Positions 32,791 to 45,388 of a DNA stretch of 47,366 bases are shown here, one piece after another. Position 1 is the stretch's first letter; each line of letters begins with the position of its first letter. The notes beneath the pieces were generated by a model. It was not told the origin of the DNA and did no database searches. It saw only the letters and a list, made by a program, of their open reading frames with translations. The translations under genes and the position numbers were made by a program. This DNA comes from Nemertoderma westbladi (Eukaryota; Animalia; Xenacoelomorpha). Where the stretch lies: NCBI GenBank assembly GCA_032718475.1, contig JAUCBJ010003895.1, positions 1 to 47,366 of the forward strand, read 5' to 3'.

Positions 32791-35574
32791 ATGCCATCAA
32801 TGATGCTGACGACAGCAGGCAATCATCCCAGGCATGGAAATCGATCAACTTGCTTACTGGGCGGAAAAGCCAACCAACCACCAAGGTTAAGGCTGAATCA
32901 CCAGGAAGGCCCACTTTGAAAAGCTCCTCAATAATGACAGGGTATTGCCTGATAACTTTATAGAAGTAAAAGTGTCTGAGTCTGTACTCCCAGATATTCC
33001 CATTGGCAATATCTCCTTTGCAGAAGTGAAGGCTGCTGCAAAGAGCATTAAGACCAATCGTGCCAGTAGAGTAGATGGTGTTCCCCCTGAGGTCTTTAAA
33101 ATACCTGAGTGTTTAAAGCTCATCTATCCCATCATAGTAGACATGTACCGTACAACAAGAGTCACACAAGAAATGAGAAACAAATAAGTTGGTGCCAGTT
33201 CCCTAGAAGGGCAACCTAACACTCTATGGTTCTTTTCGGAGAATCTCATTGATCTCGATTGCTGCAAAGCTATACAATAGAATTATATTAAATCGCATCA
33301 GGGATCCCATTGAGAGACTGCTCCGTGGAAATCAGAATGGGTTCCGTAAAGGTCGTGGGACCATGGAGCCCATTTTGGCACTTAGAAGGATAATTGAAGA
33401 GTTATCAAAAAAGAAAGACAGGCATCTGGCTGTTATCTTTGTTGACTTCTTCAAGGCCTTTGATTCAGTCTCTCGCTCACGTATGTTCAGCATACTTTCA
33501 TTATATGGGATTCCTGATGAAATTATTGCAGCAATCAGATCAGTATACGATGGTTCGACAACATTTGTGTCTACTGTTGACGGTGACACAGAACCATTTG
33601 AAGTGTTATGGGGCGTCCTCCAGGGAGACACACTTGCACCATTCTTGTTCATAATTGTGGTTGAATATGTTCTACGCATGTCCTTAGATCATCATAATGA
33701 TGATGGGGTGATGATAACTCCACCTACTGGCTCCAGAAGTCGAGGAAATCCTGCCAAGTACCTAACTGATCTAGACTTTGCTGATGACTTAGGAGTACTC
33801 TCAGAATCACTAGAGGGAGCCCAACGGCTCCTCAGCTCATTAGAACATGCTGCTTCTAGTGTTGGTCTTTTTATTAACTCCAGAAAGACCAAAATTTTGA
33901 CAGTTAACTTTGAAAGTCCTCAGCAAGTCTCTGATCGGATGAGCATAAGCTCAAAAGATGGTATGCTTGAGCATGTGGACGACTTCTGTTACCTGGGATC
34001 ATGGATCCGGAAGTCAGGTGAGGACCTTCGAATACGTAAGCGAAAGGCATGGGCAGCCTTGAATGGGCTTTTCAGGATTTGAAAGTCACCGAGAATTAAT
34101 CGGAAACTTAAGGTCCGATTATTTAGAGCAGCAGTAGTTCCAGTACTCCTTTATGGGAGTCCATGCTGGGCTCTAACTGCTGAGGACACCAACTCTCTGG
34201 ATGGCACATTCACAAGAATGCTACGCCGGGTTCATTGTGTCAAGTACAATGCACACATCTCCAACCAGACACTATATAACATTGGAGGTGTCTCATTGCT
34301 TCCCCAAAGCTTGACATTAGAACAAAATCGCCTCCGCTTTGAGGGACATTGCTTTCGCCGTGAGGACCAACCAGTGCATAATCTTGTACTTTGGCAGCCT
34401 CATGGAGTGAATAAGCATGGTGGACAGCCCATGACTTTCTTGAGACGCATCTTAAAGGACACTGGCCTTGAAGATGCGGATGATCTAGCAAATGTCATGG
34501 GTGATAGGGAGTTGTGGCGGTGCAATTTTGTCGATAAGCCGGCACAGCATTCTTAAAAATGCAGCTGCAATGTAGCATGCCGATCCTAGTAGTAGTTAGA
34601 CCATTAGCAGCACTGGCGAGGGGTCGATTCGCCCCCCCCCCCACTGTATTTTTGTAATCATCCAATAAAATCCTATGAAATTTGTGCTGTAGGTGAAAAA
34701 ATTATAGAAGAACATTTTCAAAGCCAAAAAATTGAAAATTTCATAAGGTGGGTATAATAATTTTCATGAAAAATAGAAGTAGTCCCAGGACAAAATATAC
34801 ATTTTATAGGTTTTCTGGACCGCTGAATCAATTGATAGTATTATAGAAGCCTGAAGACTTAGTGGTTCGGCATTTTTTGTGCACCAAAATTAGGGAGTGG
34901 CACTTATTCAAATTTTGAAAAAGTACCACGCCCAAATTTTGGTGTACCAATAATGACATACCACTAAGACTTGAGGCTTCAATATTACTTTCAATTGATT
35001 CAGCGGTCCAGATAACCTAAAAAAATGGGTTGAAATGAAAAACTTGTGGTATTTTCTGAATATCGTTATTTTGAAAATTTGAAGTAAGCCTACTTGCCAC
35101 GCCCTAATTTTGGTGCACAAAAAATGATGTACCACTAAGAATTGAGTCTTCTATATTACTTTCAATCGATTAAGCGGGCCAGAAAATCCATAAAAATGCA
35201 ATGAAATCAAAACTTCGGAGTATGTAAAGAATATTGCAATTTGGAAAATTTGAAGTGCCACGCCCTAATTTTAGTGCACCAAAAATGACGTACCACTTCC
35301 CTTACATACTTATATAGAGTAGTAGAGTGCTCCATACGAATCAGAATCAATAAAAAAGCCCCAACATAAAGAATTACTAACTCACAAATGACCTTGTAAA
35401 ATTCGAAAATTTCAAAAAATTTCTGCTGTGGACCAAATTTTGAGGAGGCATCGTCGTTTTTTGCAAAAGATGCGCCATTAAATTTGACTAATTCTCGTAA
35501 AAAATTGTGCTGGTACATAATGTGGTTATATAGATACAGCAATAAAAAACTAGGAAGGGGTCGATTCGCTTATG

Positions 35575-38500
35575 ATCCATCCGATCTCACTTCACTTAAA
35601 GACTTTCACATGCTTCGAATAGATTATGTACTGGTATACCGGTACTGTTACGGGTATGGTTCGACTCCCTTTGATAGAATACTCCACATACATTTGGCAG
35701 TTTGGGGCGAACATAAACATGAGTTAATGTGTGGCAGTACAGCTGTTGCACCCGAGTAGCCGAGCCAGAAGCTTGGAGCAGGGTCAAGGGCAACATGTCA
35801 AGGTAAATGTGGCTGGACACCGGGTGATGGCAGTGAGTTACTTTAAAATAACTTTCGCATTGGCAGCTTGGCATCGATGTCATACAGTAGAAGTCTACAG
35901 TCAAACTACTCAAAAAGTTCCATGCATTCTCAAGTCCTAGCTCCTCGGTTAGTCCAGTTTGCCTGTAGCGCAAGCGCAGCAGTGCAGCAGTAGTGATACA
36001 CCAAAAGTCCAGGTCGCCAATGACACTGTGGCAGGCAGAGGTGGCAAATTGTTTGAGTACAATTTATATACAATACACGTTACTGTGTATTGGGGTACTG
36101 GTATTACAGTTAGTGCATAGTGCCATGGAATAAAGTTACAACCTGACAATATGTCAGTCCGTTTCACTTCCATTTCCACCTGTCCTTACTTAAGCAGTTA
36201 AGTCTGTATGTCTGCATAATATCAACACTTCCATGGTTGCTGCTGCCAAGCCAATAATGGGTGGGTGGCGCTAACGACCTAAAGACGGTACCGGTAACAT
36301 ACAACAGTACAGCATACAGGTACGGTTGCAGTTACGGTGCCACTGCAGCAGTCTGCCAGTACCGGCACTGCTAAACATATGTTTAGTCAGATTGTACAGT
36401 ACATGATATGGCTACTGGCTGAATAGTCACGACATCGAAATTCAGACATCCAGAAATTGCAGGACACCCTACCGCACGTACAATACTGCAGTACCCCTCT
36501 GCACCCTGACAACCACAGAACCAGCCTTGACAGCTAGGCTTACCTCGTACAGCAACAGCAGTACGGTATATATCCTTCAGTCTCCTTACGATCACTTAAT
36601 AATTTTGTATAGATTAATTTATTATAATTACATGACAGTTATACAGGTGGTGCACAAATTAAACTTGGAAAATTTCTAAACTTTTTCCAGACTACACGTG
36701 TACCAAGTTTGGATAGATTTCATCGAGATTTGTCTGAGTTATTAACGTTTAAAATTGAACACAACAGAATGACAGAACAACAGACACACTGATTGAGTTA
36801 AGGTACCCATATGCTAAGCTCACTTACTTTCGCCCCACAATATTTTGTAAGATTACGAAAAATGATACATGAATTTATACACGTTCGTGGGGCCTTCACG
36901 CAGGACGAGGCCCAGTTATGAGATACAAATTAAAATTCGACTGTATCACAAAATCAGTATTTGAGAAATTTAACCATACCGACAATCAATCAAAGAAATG
37001 GGGACAGTACGTGTTCAGCCCTTTTAATCTGCACCCCCCCCCCCCCCCTTCCTACCAACCAATACATAACCATGACATCTACCACCCAAGGGGCGGAAGG
37101 GTAGCATAAACTTATTTCCAATCACATGTTCAATATGCGAAGCCATGTGGTTTATAGGAAATATCGAGAATTTGAGAAAATCGAGAATACGAGAAACTCG
37201 ATCGAAATACCTGCTCATCCCAGTATCCGTCCGTAGTCACCAGAAAGCTGCGGTTTATTCCCGTAGAACAGTAGAATTCCTGCAGCTTCCGACCCAATTC
37301 GACAACGAATTCGCCCCACACTTTTGCGTGGCAGAGAACGTAATCCGGTGCGATACACGTCTGCCCGACTTTCAACAATTTCCCCCAGGCGATCCCAGGA
37401 TCCGGCTGTCTGGGCTGCCACTAAACCCAAATCGCAATCCTCGTCGATTCGTCCAGTCGTCGACGTAAGTCGGACTCTTCCCACCGCACTCCAAGGTGGG
37501 TGGCTTGAATGAGGCATGAGGAACTTGGCAGTAGCCCGCATTATGATCCGACTGACCGCCGTATTCCCAGTGTAGTAAATAGAATCTTACTGACAAGCAA
37601 GCAATTCCGTAGTATTTATTCCTCAGTTAATCGCATCTTGCTGCCACTCGGCTGCTCGGGTCCAGATACATCGGACTGTCGGAAGCTGTTTAGATGAAGA
37701 AGTTGTTTAGATGGATGTTTAGACGACAAATGACCTAAAGACGTTACCACCAGTAACTCTGTACCACTGTAACAGTTAACAGTACCGGTACCGTACTGTA
37801 ATCCTGTAGTCTCCTAGCAACCAGCTGATGCTAAGCCTAATAATTTTTGGGTAGATTAATTTATTATAACCGTAAGACAGTTACACAGATGCTGCATGAA
37901 GACCCCACGCGAATTCAACTTGGAACATTTCTAAACTTTGGCCGGACTACATGTGTACCAAGTCTGGTTAAATTTCATTAACATTTGGCTGAGTTATTAA
38001 CGTTTAAAATTGGAGACGACAGAACGACAGAACAACAGATCAACAGAACAACAGATCAACAGGACAACACGTTCGTGGGGCCTTCGCGCAGCACGAGGCC
38101 CAGTTATGAGATACAAATTAAAATTGAGCGACTGTATCACAAAATCAGGTTTTGAGAAATTTACCCACACCACCAATCAATCAAAGAAAGGGGGACAGTA
38201 TGTGTTCAGCCCTTTTAATCTGCACCCCCCCCCCCCCCCCTCCCCTTCCCACCAACCAATACATAACCGCGACATCTACCACCCACGGGCTGACGGGGCG
38301 GAAGGGTAGCACAAACTTATTTCCAATCGCACGTTCAATATGTGAAGCCATGTGGTTTATAGGAATATAATAAACGCAGTACTCGTCTTCATTATAAGCC
38401 TCGTTGAGATCGTCCTGTTTTGTATTTAAATATATTTCTTAAACGCTGGCTGATGATCTTTATAACAATAATAACAAGGGATGTGTTCAATATGTGAAGC

Positions 38501-40118
38501 CAGGTGGTTTATATAATAATAATAGTCAACGCAGTACTCGTCTTCATTATAAGTCTCGTGCTCGTCCTGTTTTGTATTTAAATATCTTTCCTAAACGAAG
38601 ACTGACAATCTTTATAATGCGTTAAATAGGCGAAGCCAGGTATGGTTTTGGTTTATAGGAATATAGTCTACGCAGCACTCATTCATCATGAGCCGAGTTA
38701 TAGTGTGGCAATATAGATGCAGTAGTTGCACCCGACCAGCCGGAAACTCAGAGCAATAGGCCTACTGCTTGTACAATGCGTGTCAATTTCAATACCGCCG
38801 GGCACTGGGTGATGGCAGAGCAAGATTAAAAAACCGGATTATTTCATCCTCAGTTACGGTTAGTCCAGTTTGCCCGTAGTGGCAGCGATACCGAAAGTCG
38901 AAGTCAACAGACAGAGGCGGCCTTGGTGGTGAGTTGTTTGATTTCAATTCCAACACTTCTCTGGGCAGCTGGGTAGACTCTGGTAGTGGGTACCTGATCT
39001 TAGAATGCCAGTCAGCTGGTTAGTCTGCATAACTTCCATTGTTGCAGTTGCCAAGTCGATGGAAAGTTGGTAGGCGTAGGGGTAGGCCTATTGCTATTGT
39101 TGTATTGGCAGATTGGTATGTACATCTACATCTGATTATAACAGTTCAGCCAGTTGCCGGTGCCGTCGGTCGTACCAATACATAGTCTTTAATTAACATA
39201 TTTAACCGTTAACAAGACACCAAGAGTAGAAACCGCAAACGATCAAATTCATTTTCTTCCATCGCTGACAGGAGCGTAGAAATGCGGTATAGTGCTGTCG
39301 TAGTTCAGTACTGGTACCGTACCAGTAGTTCTGTAGTTGGCACTTGCTACCAGTCCGGTTCTACAGTCTGACGGTAGTAGGGCGGTACGGCGCCAACGGA
39401 CCCTCTAATCTAATTCAGGACTGCAGTCCAGCACTCCAGAGTCCACACTGCAGTGCATAGCATGGCAGCATGGCTAATTAGGGCCTACATAATTAGTCCT
39501 GTCCTGTACCACGTACCATTATACGTGATCTATAATCACTGCACCGGTACTGCGGTACCAGTCAGCCAGTACCGTAAAACACCGAATACAGTATGGTATT
39601 GCAGTATTGCTGTATTGTCTGATTGCAGGATTCCTGATTCAGGGATTGACATTGAGTTTAGTACCGGTACAGGCAGACAGGCCACAATGGTATTACTGTA
39701 GTACTGTAATTTCGTAATTTGCTAGAAACCCTGAAAAACCCTGAAAAAGCTGATTTAGTCTCCTAGCAACCTGCTGATGTCAAACGTTATAATTTTGGTT
39801 AAATAAATTTATTATAACTGTAAGACAGTTACACTGGTGCTGCACGAAGGCCCCAAGCAAATTCAACTTGGAAAATTTCTAAACTTTTGACAGACTATTT
39901 GTGTACCAAGTTTGGTTACATTTCATCGAGGATTGATCGAGTTATTAACATTCAAAATTGAACACTGCGAAAAAAGCGACAGAACGACAGGTTGATTAAT
40001 GGTACCCCTACGCTAAGGCTCACTCACTTCGTGGCTCGCCCCACAGAGCAACAGACACACCGATTGAGTTAGTGGTACCTGTATGCTAAGCTCGCTTACT
40101 TTCGTCGCTCGCCCCACA
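35575..40118 (+). mobile_element. Three tandem copies of a non-autonomous Helitron/HINE-like repeat with variable cores (about 35575..36840, 36880..38066, 38067..40118)
   Basis: Shared 5' block CACGTTCGTGGGGCCTTC..CGAGGCCCAGTTATGAGATACAAATT (copies B, C); shared 3' block TTAATTTATTATAA..GACAGTTA..GTGTACCAAG..GAGTTATTAAC (A, B, C); end GCCCCACA inverted to the start. Superfamily assignment is inference. Confidence 0.55.
37271..37690 (-). pseudogene. Frameshifted fragment of an aldehyde dehydrogenase family 3 gene
   Basis: YLDP, TTELL, YTGNTAVSRIIMRATAKFL, TLECGGKSPTYVD and GQTCIAPDYVLC...LQEFY appear in ALDH3 order across several frames. Confidence 0.85.
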
Positions 40119-40235
40119 TGAATTTGTACATGAAACGGTACATGAATTTAATTGTCCCAGAGGTAGCCTACATAGGTGTTAATACCCTATTCCTTCCTGA
40201 TTGATGTTTTAGCCAAGATTTCTCCCTATTTCCAG

Positions 40236-40349
40236 GACATACAGCCACACTAAAGATGGTTTTTCTACAGCATGGTGGATTGCTGACATGGAAAATGATT
40301 ACATCGTAACTATGGTAACTATTACTATAAGTTCAAAATTGAGCGGATC
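40236..40349 (+). CDS. Exon 2 of the PAN + F-type lectin gene
   Basis: TTTCCAG| acceptor, TYSHTKDGFSTAWWIADMENDYIVTMVTITISSKLSG, |GTAAGT donor; phase 2-2 fits both neighbouring exons; absent from the ORF track. Confidence 0.88.
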
Positions 40350-41427
40350 GTAAGTATTTTAATTGTATATATTTTTTAAAATATGACATAAATTTGTTTG
40401 TTTTCATGTAGTATGCGATTTTTCGCTTAAACTTGCGAGCTTAGACAATGATATGACGGTGTGATATATTATTGAGTTATGTGTTTAAGATAATAAGTTT
40501 TGCGTTTGAGATTATTCGATAATTGTTTGAGATAATTTGTTAATTGTTTGAGAAATGTTTTTTTTTATTATAATATGTTTAAGAGTTCGAGATCCTTAAT
40601 TTAATATTTGAGATAACTTGTAGTGTCTAGTATTGATGTCCTAAATTTTCCCCGGTTACTCAGAGTCTCTGATATACTACACCTGCACTACACCTACACG
40701 CTACGTCAACACATCTACGTGTAGGCAGGTTAGTAAAGAAGCAGGTTACAAAGGCGGTTTGAAAGGGACCAAAAGAATAAACGAGTGTTAGAAATATTGT
40801 AAAAAACCCAATATAATTGAGAATTCCATTCCACTGTACATTCCCTACCATAAAATGGAGGGGGGGGGGGGTGGAATTTACCAAGTCGGCCATAAAGTTA
40901 TCCAACAGGGCATAGGCATACCAGCAACGGGATGATGCAACAGGGCCATTTGGGCAGTGGACTTATAATCCACCTCAGTGGGTTAGAAGCTAACAAAGGC
41001 CTAAGGGAGGCTAAGGATTTTTGGGCGTGCTGAGCTGACCAATGGGTGGCCAGCACATGTCAGTTTGGGAGTGTATCAATTGGAGGCCAGAGAAACGTGT
41101 CAGCCTACAGGCATATTTCCACATTTACATATATATATACGGTCATGTGTATTCCAACTCAATTGGCATTTATTAGTTATAGACGATGAACAGTTTTCAC
41201 CATCAGCCATAACCAATATTGATTGAGGTGTAATTATTTACCGGTGAATTAACATTCTGACATATATTATAACGACTATTCATCATCAGAACTCTTATTT
41301 CACTACGCCTTCGGCCATCCAGTATTCCCTTAGCGCGGCGAAGCGTATGAAAGCATCATCAGTCAATCCAGGCAGGATCCCACGCCAACCAGGATACCGT
41401 CACATTGAGAATCAATATTATTCAGAT

Positions 41428-42627
41428 GGTGTTCGGACACTTCCCCCCCGGACACTTCCCCCCCGGACAGTCCCCCCCCGCTCAAGTAGGACACTTCCCC
41501 CCCGGACACTTCCCCCCCAGACACTTCCCCCCCGCGGACACTTCCCCCCCGACTGTTCTTAACTTCGCACATTCGTATTTTTCATTTTGTAAGGTAAACG
41601 GACCGCTTGTATCCAGATAAGTTGTATCCAATTTTCCTTTCGTAGCTCAGAAAGTGATCTTTTGCATCCCGATTTTACATTTTATATCCAAGTTTTATTT
41701 ATGGGTTTTATCAATGCAATTACATCGTATTGTTTGCTAATCTTTAAACAATTAATTATATTAGATGACCTATAAATTCCATCCCCGGAATGATATACTG
41801 TTTTATTAACTATAGAATTATAATAATTAATTGTTTTAATTATAGGTAATATTATGTAATAGTCTTCTTCAAATTGTAGCAGATGGGGATGAATATTATT
41901 GTTACAATCAAAATTATACCTCTCCAGGGTAAAATCGACATGCGTCGTCGACCTGTATTCTGTGTTCAGCATTACATATTGATATATATATTACTACTAT
42001 ACGTACTATATAGATATTATACACACTACATATTAAATTTCCTGGTTACTTGCAATATTTTTAATAGGATTTTGTTGAATTATATAATATTGTAGTAATT
42101 TATATATTAAATTGGTTAACATTCAATACAGCTCCTACTTTAGGCTTAGTCAATTTATTATCTGATGATACAAACATGAATTAATTATTTCAAAGTGGTC
42201 TTAAGTCTTTCACCACGGGCACTCAGGGAAATGCCGGTGTCTGGGGGCGATAACCCCCAAGAAAAGAAGCGGGGGTTTGGGGGCGGTAGCCCCCAACAAA
42301 AGAAACGGGGGTTTGGGGGCGGTAGCCCCCAATTAAAAGAAATTAAAAGAATTAAAGGAATTAAAAGAAAAACAAACAAAATTTGACTATAAAAATGTTT
42401 CTTTTATAATTTTGAAAAAACTTGTCTAGATACAACTTGTCCTGTAACCATCTTTAACTTTTGTTTATTGCTTTGATGCACCCAGATTAATTTTAACACT
42501 TTAACTGGGGGGGAAGTGTCCGGGGGGCAAGTGTCCGGGGGGGAAGTGTCCGGGGGGGAAGTGTCCTACTTGGGCGGGGGGGAAGTGTCCGGGGGGGAAG
42601 TGTCCGGGGGGGAAGTGTCCTAGATCC
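41428..42627. mobile_element. 1.2-kb non-autonomous DNA transposon with (GGACACTTCCCCCC)n terminal inverted arrays, probably Mutator-like
   Basis: TSD ATTCAGAT(G) at 41420 and 42628; termini GGTGTTCGGACA and TGTCCTAGATCC; internal minus-strand remnant LERYN...HPHLLQFEE resembles the C-terminus of MULE transposases. Confidence 0.8.
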
Positions 42628-42986
42628 ATTCAGATGTATAGGCCTACCAGCTTCCGGTAGAGCCTGTTGGCATAGGCATAATAGGTGTAGGCGTAGCGTT
42701 TACCGACATTTACCCAGTCTTAGCTCTCAGTGTTCTGTTGTGCTGAGGCTCTGTTGTGACTAGGAAACATGAAATTGTAGGATTGGATGTTGTCAAGAAT
42801 TTAACTGTTAGTGTTAATTAAATAAAATTAGAAAATGTTTAAATCATAGTATTTCTAAGGGAGTGTTCTTATGTATCTTAAGAATTAAAATTATTTAAAA
42901 ACTGCTTTCAGTTTCATTTACTGTAATGTAATGTAATCACAATAGGTTATAATTTGACTCTAGGTAGGTTTAATTTAACATTTTAG

Positions 42987-43200
42987 TTTGGCGTTTGCTA
43001 ATGTTGTCATTGGAAACGATAGGGATGCTTTGAGCCCAGCTAATCGACTTAAATGCGGATCGTTTGGAGGGAATCTAACTTCCGCCACCACCTACACCTT
43101 TCATTGCTACCTAGCCGGCAGATATATCATCGTCAAATCAAAACCACCAAAATACCGCATTGTCATTGCTGAACTAACCGTTCATGGTCACAAACTATAA
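42987..43200 (+). CDS. Exon 3 (last) of the PAN + F-type lectin gene
   Basis: TTTTAG| acceptor in matching phase; NVVIGND...KCG...TFHCYLAGRYIIV...IAELTVHG* is the FTP-domain C-terminal pattern. Confidence 0.88.
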
Positions 43201-44530
43201 CTGTTATTATCAACTCGAGATGCATGTGTTGTGTATAATTAAATGTCTAATCCTTTAATTATTCATGAGATTCATCATTAAATACTGTTGATATGGTGGT
43301 AACATAAATAGTTTTATTAGACTGTGGTGTCACTTTCAGGAGTAAGGTCTTTTGAAAATAGGTGTCCAGAAAATAACTGATTATCGAAGACTATGTTGGA
43401 CCCTTTCATCACAACTTTACTTTAACTTTACTTTTTTTTCTCATAACTTTACCTTAACTTTATTGGCTCGGCTTGTTAACCAAACATTGTTTGAGAATCA
43501 TGTTAACACAATCAACAACACATCAATCGATAAATGACAGATGATAAAATTCCCATGAGCACAAATAGATCAGCACATCACCTGGAAACACCATTTGGAA
43601 TATGGAATAATCCAAGCTGGAATATCGGCATACACAACAAATCCACAACAATTCATTCCTTACATCTGTAGGCCTAACAACATCTACAAAAATATCATGA
43701 TAAAACTGTACCTATGCTATTGTAGGCCTAATGTCTTCTAGGCTGGCGTATCCTACAATAATGCAACGGAAACCTACAGACAAAACAACAACTCAATACA
43801 GATCGCTCCTCCAATTTATTATTCACCAAATAAAACAGCTTTCCAATACCAATTGTGTACTATTTCAGCATACTACACTTGTATTAATAAAATGTTTGAC
43901 AGAACATGGATAAAACGGATAAAAAGGAGAGAACAGGCATACATTTATATAGGAAACCATTAATTTTTTGTGTAGTTCCTTTCTTTTACACGGGGGTTGA
44001 GACCTGGATGCTGACGAAATATATTATAAATTATTCAGTATTTTACATATAGAACAATTTAGCTATTTATTTTTTTACATCAAACCATGTAAATTTGTAT
44101 TTTAATGATTTTATAAACATTATATTTATCCGGCGTAGGCCTATTATATAATAGGCAATATTCTTTATCAAGCTGAACAACCCGTTTATGTGACAATGAT
44201 GCCACCCCCCCCCCCCCCCCCCCCCCTCTCTCCTCTCAAACGATGTACCAGATATTGGGGGCCTTCTTCATGAATATTTCACGGAGAATCATTAAATAGA
44301 GTACAACAATTAGACCTAACTTTATTAACTTGTTTGTCAATATCTTAGACAATAATGATTACCTTACGCACAAAAATATAAAGTAACTAAAATAAATAAA
44401 CAACTCACCAGATAAATTTTTACAGCAGATATCTTCAAAATACACAATAGTCTATACAATATACTATACTATACAATAGTCAATATAATCTATACATTAC
44501 ACACAGGTTGAAACCAATATATTGCCATTT

Positions 44531-44812
44531 TAAAAAAAAAAGTAAAAGTAAATTTTCTTCGGCCGCTAGGCCAGGGATTACGCACAAAGTCTGACGACTT
44601 ATTTCCAGTGCGGTCCCCCCAGAATTATACTCCCCAGAGGAAACTCCGGTACTCATTTAGCTACCACTTAAGGATGCAAGGCAGAGATGCGCCCTGGCTG
44701 GTCCCTTTAAAGCATTCGTGCCGAAACGAAAACTGCCCTGGCCCATGTGAGGATCGAACCCACGACCTACGGGAGATGTGAATTCAATGCAACCACTACA
44801 CCAAGGTGGAAC
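44531..44812 (-). mobile_element. tRNA-derived SINE
   Basis: Minus strand A box TGGTGTAGTGG, B box GGTTCGATCC, central GCCTTGCATCCTT...TAAATGAGTACC resembling conserved SINE core domains, TTTAC/T tail. Confidence 0.8.
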
Positions 44813-45388
44813 TAAAATTTTTATAAATTTTAAGTGCTACCTAACTGGCCTACTAGTTGTTATACTGTATGCACAGAAACTTATACAGTTTATTTTTATG
44901 ATCAACACGAAAAACTTTTGAATTTAGAACGGATTGTCGCCTGATCCTATTTATTCTCTTTTATTTATATTTTATTGACTGAGATATGCTTTAAGGTACT
45001 TACATTATCACTTTATTCGACACTTATCGCCTTTCTCACATTCAAATTTTTACTTTTTAACTATTTTTTGTAATGTGTTAAATAAATTTTAACTGCACCA
45101 TTTATTGACACATTCTATGAAAAATAGCAATAAAAAATTGATGTTACAAATTGAATACCACATAAATAAAAGGAAAAGTTAGGTTGACTAAAAATACATC
45201 TGACATTTATATATTTTGCACCAAACTAAAATAAAACTCAACATTTCTCCATAATTATACGTAACTAACCAAACCATTCATTTATACATGTTTTTAGTGG
45301 AGTCAATTAAGCCGGTGAAGTGTATACTATGGTGTCCCTGAGCGACCAGTCTTGTAATTTTTTTTGTTTCCCCTACTTTTTCAAACTC

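Larger units (their letters stand above)
29889..34596 (+). mobile_element. 5'-truncated RTE-clade LINE with nonsense mutations, interrupted by a Gypsy element
   Basis: TSD TAGACCATTAG (29878..29888 and 34597..34607); RT motifs QNGFRKGRGT, FVDFFKAFDSV, GVLQGDTLAPFLF, DFADD, YLGS; (TAG)n tail. Confidence 0.93.
29857..35570. mobile_element. Non-autonomous piggyBac-like DNA transposon (29857..29888 + 34608..about 35570), interrupted by the RTE, right end missing
   Basis: TTAA|CCCTATTACCACTGG start; subterminal AGGGGTCGATTCGC at about 34619 and 35557; internal direct and inverted about 170-bp modules (GCCACGCCCTAATTTTGGTGCAC). Confidence 0.55.

Noticed and set aside
30265-32919. Twin ORFs starting MPSNGRCGV (30265 and 32569) and overlapping ORFs within pol
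   Set aside because: They start at TTG inside the two LTRs or are alternative frames of GC-rich pol; no domain signal.
41347-41620. Pro/Gly-rich ORFs (RTLPP, GHFPP, GGEVS repeats)
   Set aside because: Translations of the transposon's terminal repeat array.
44735-44812. tRNA gene
   Set aside because: A and B boxes are present but the cloverleaf is poor and the sequence continues into a SINE body and tail.
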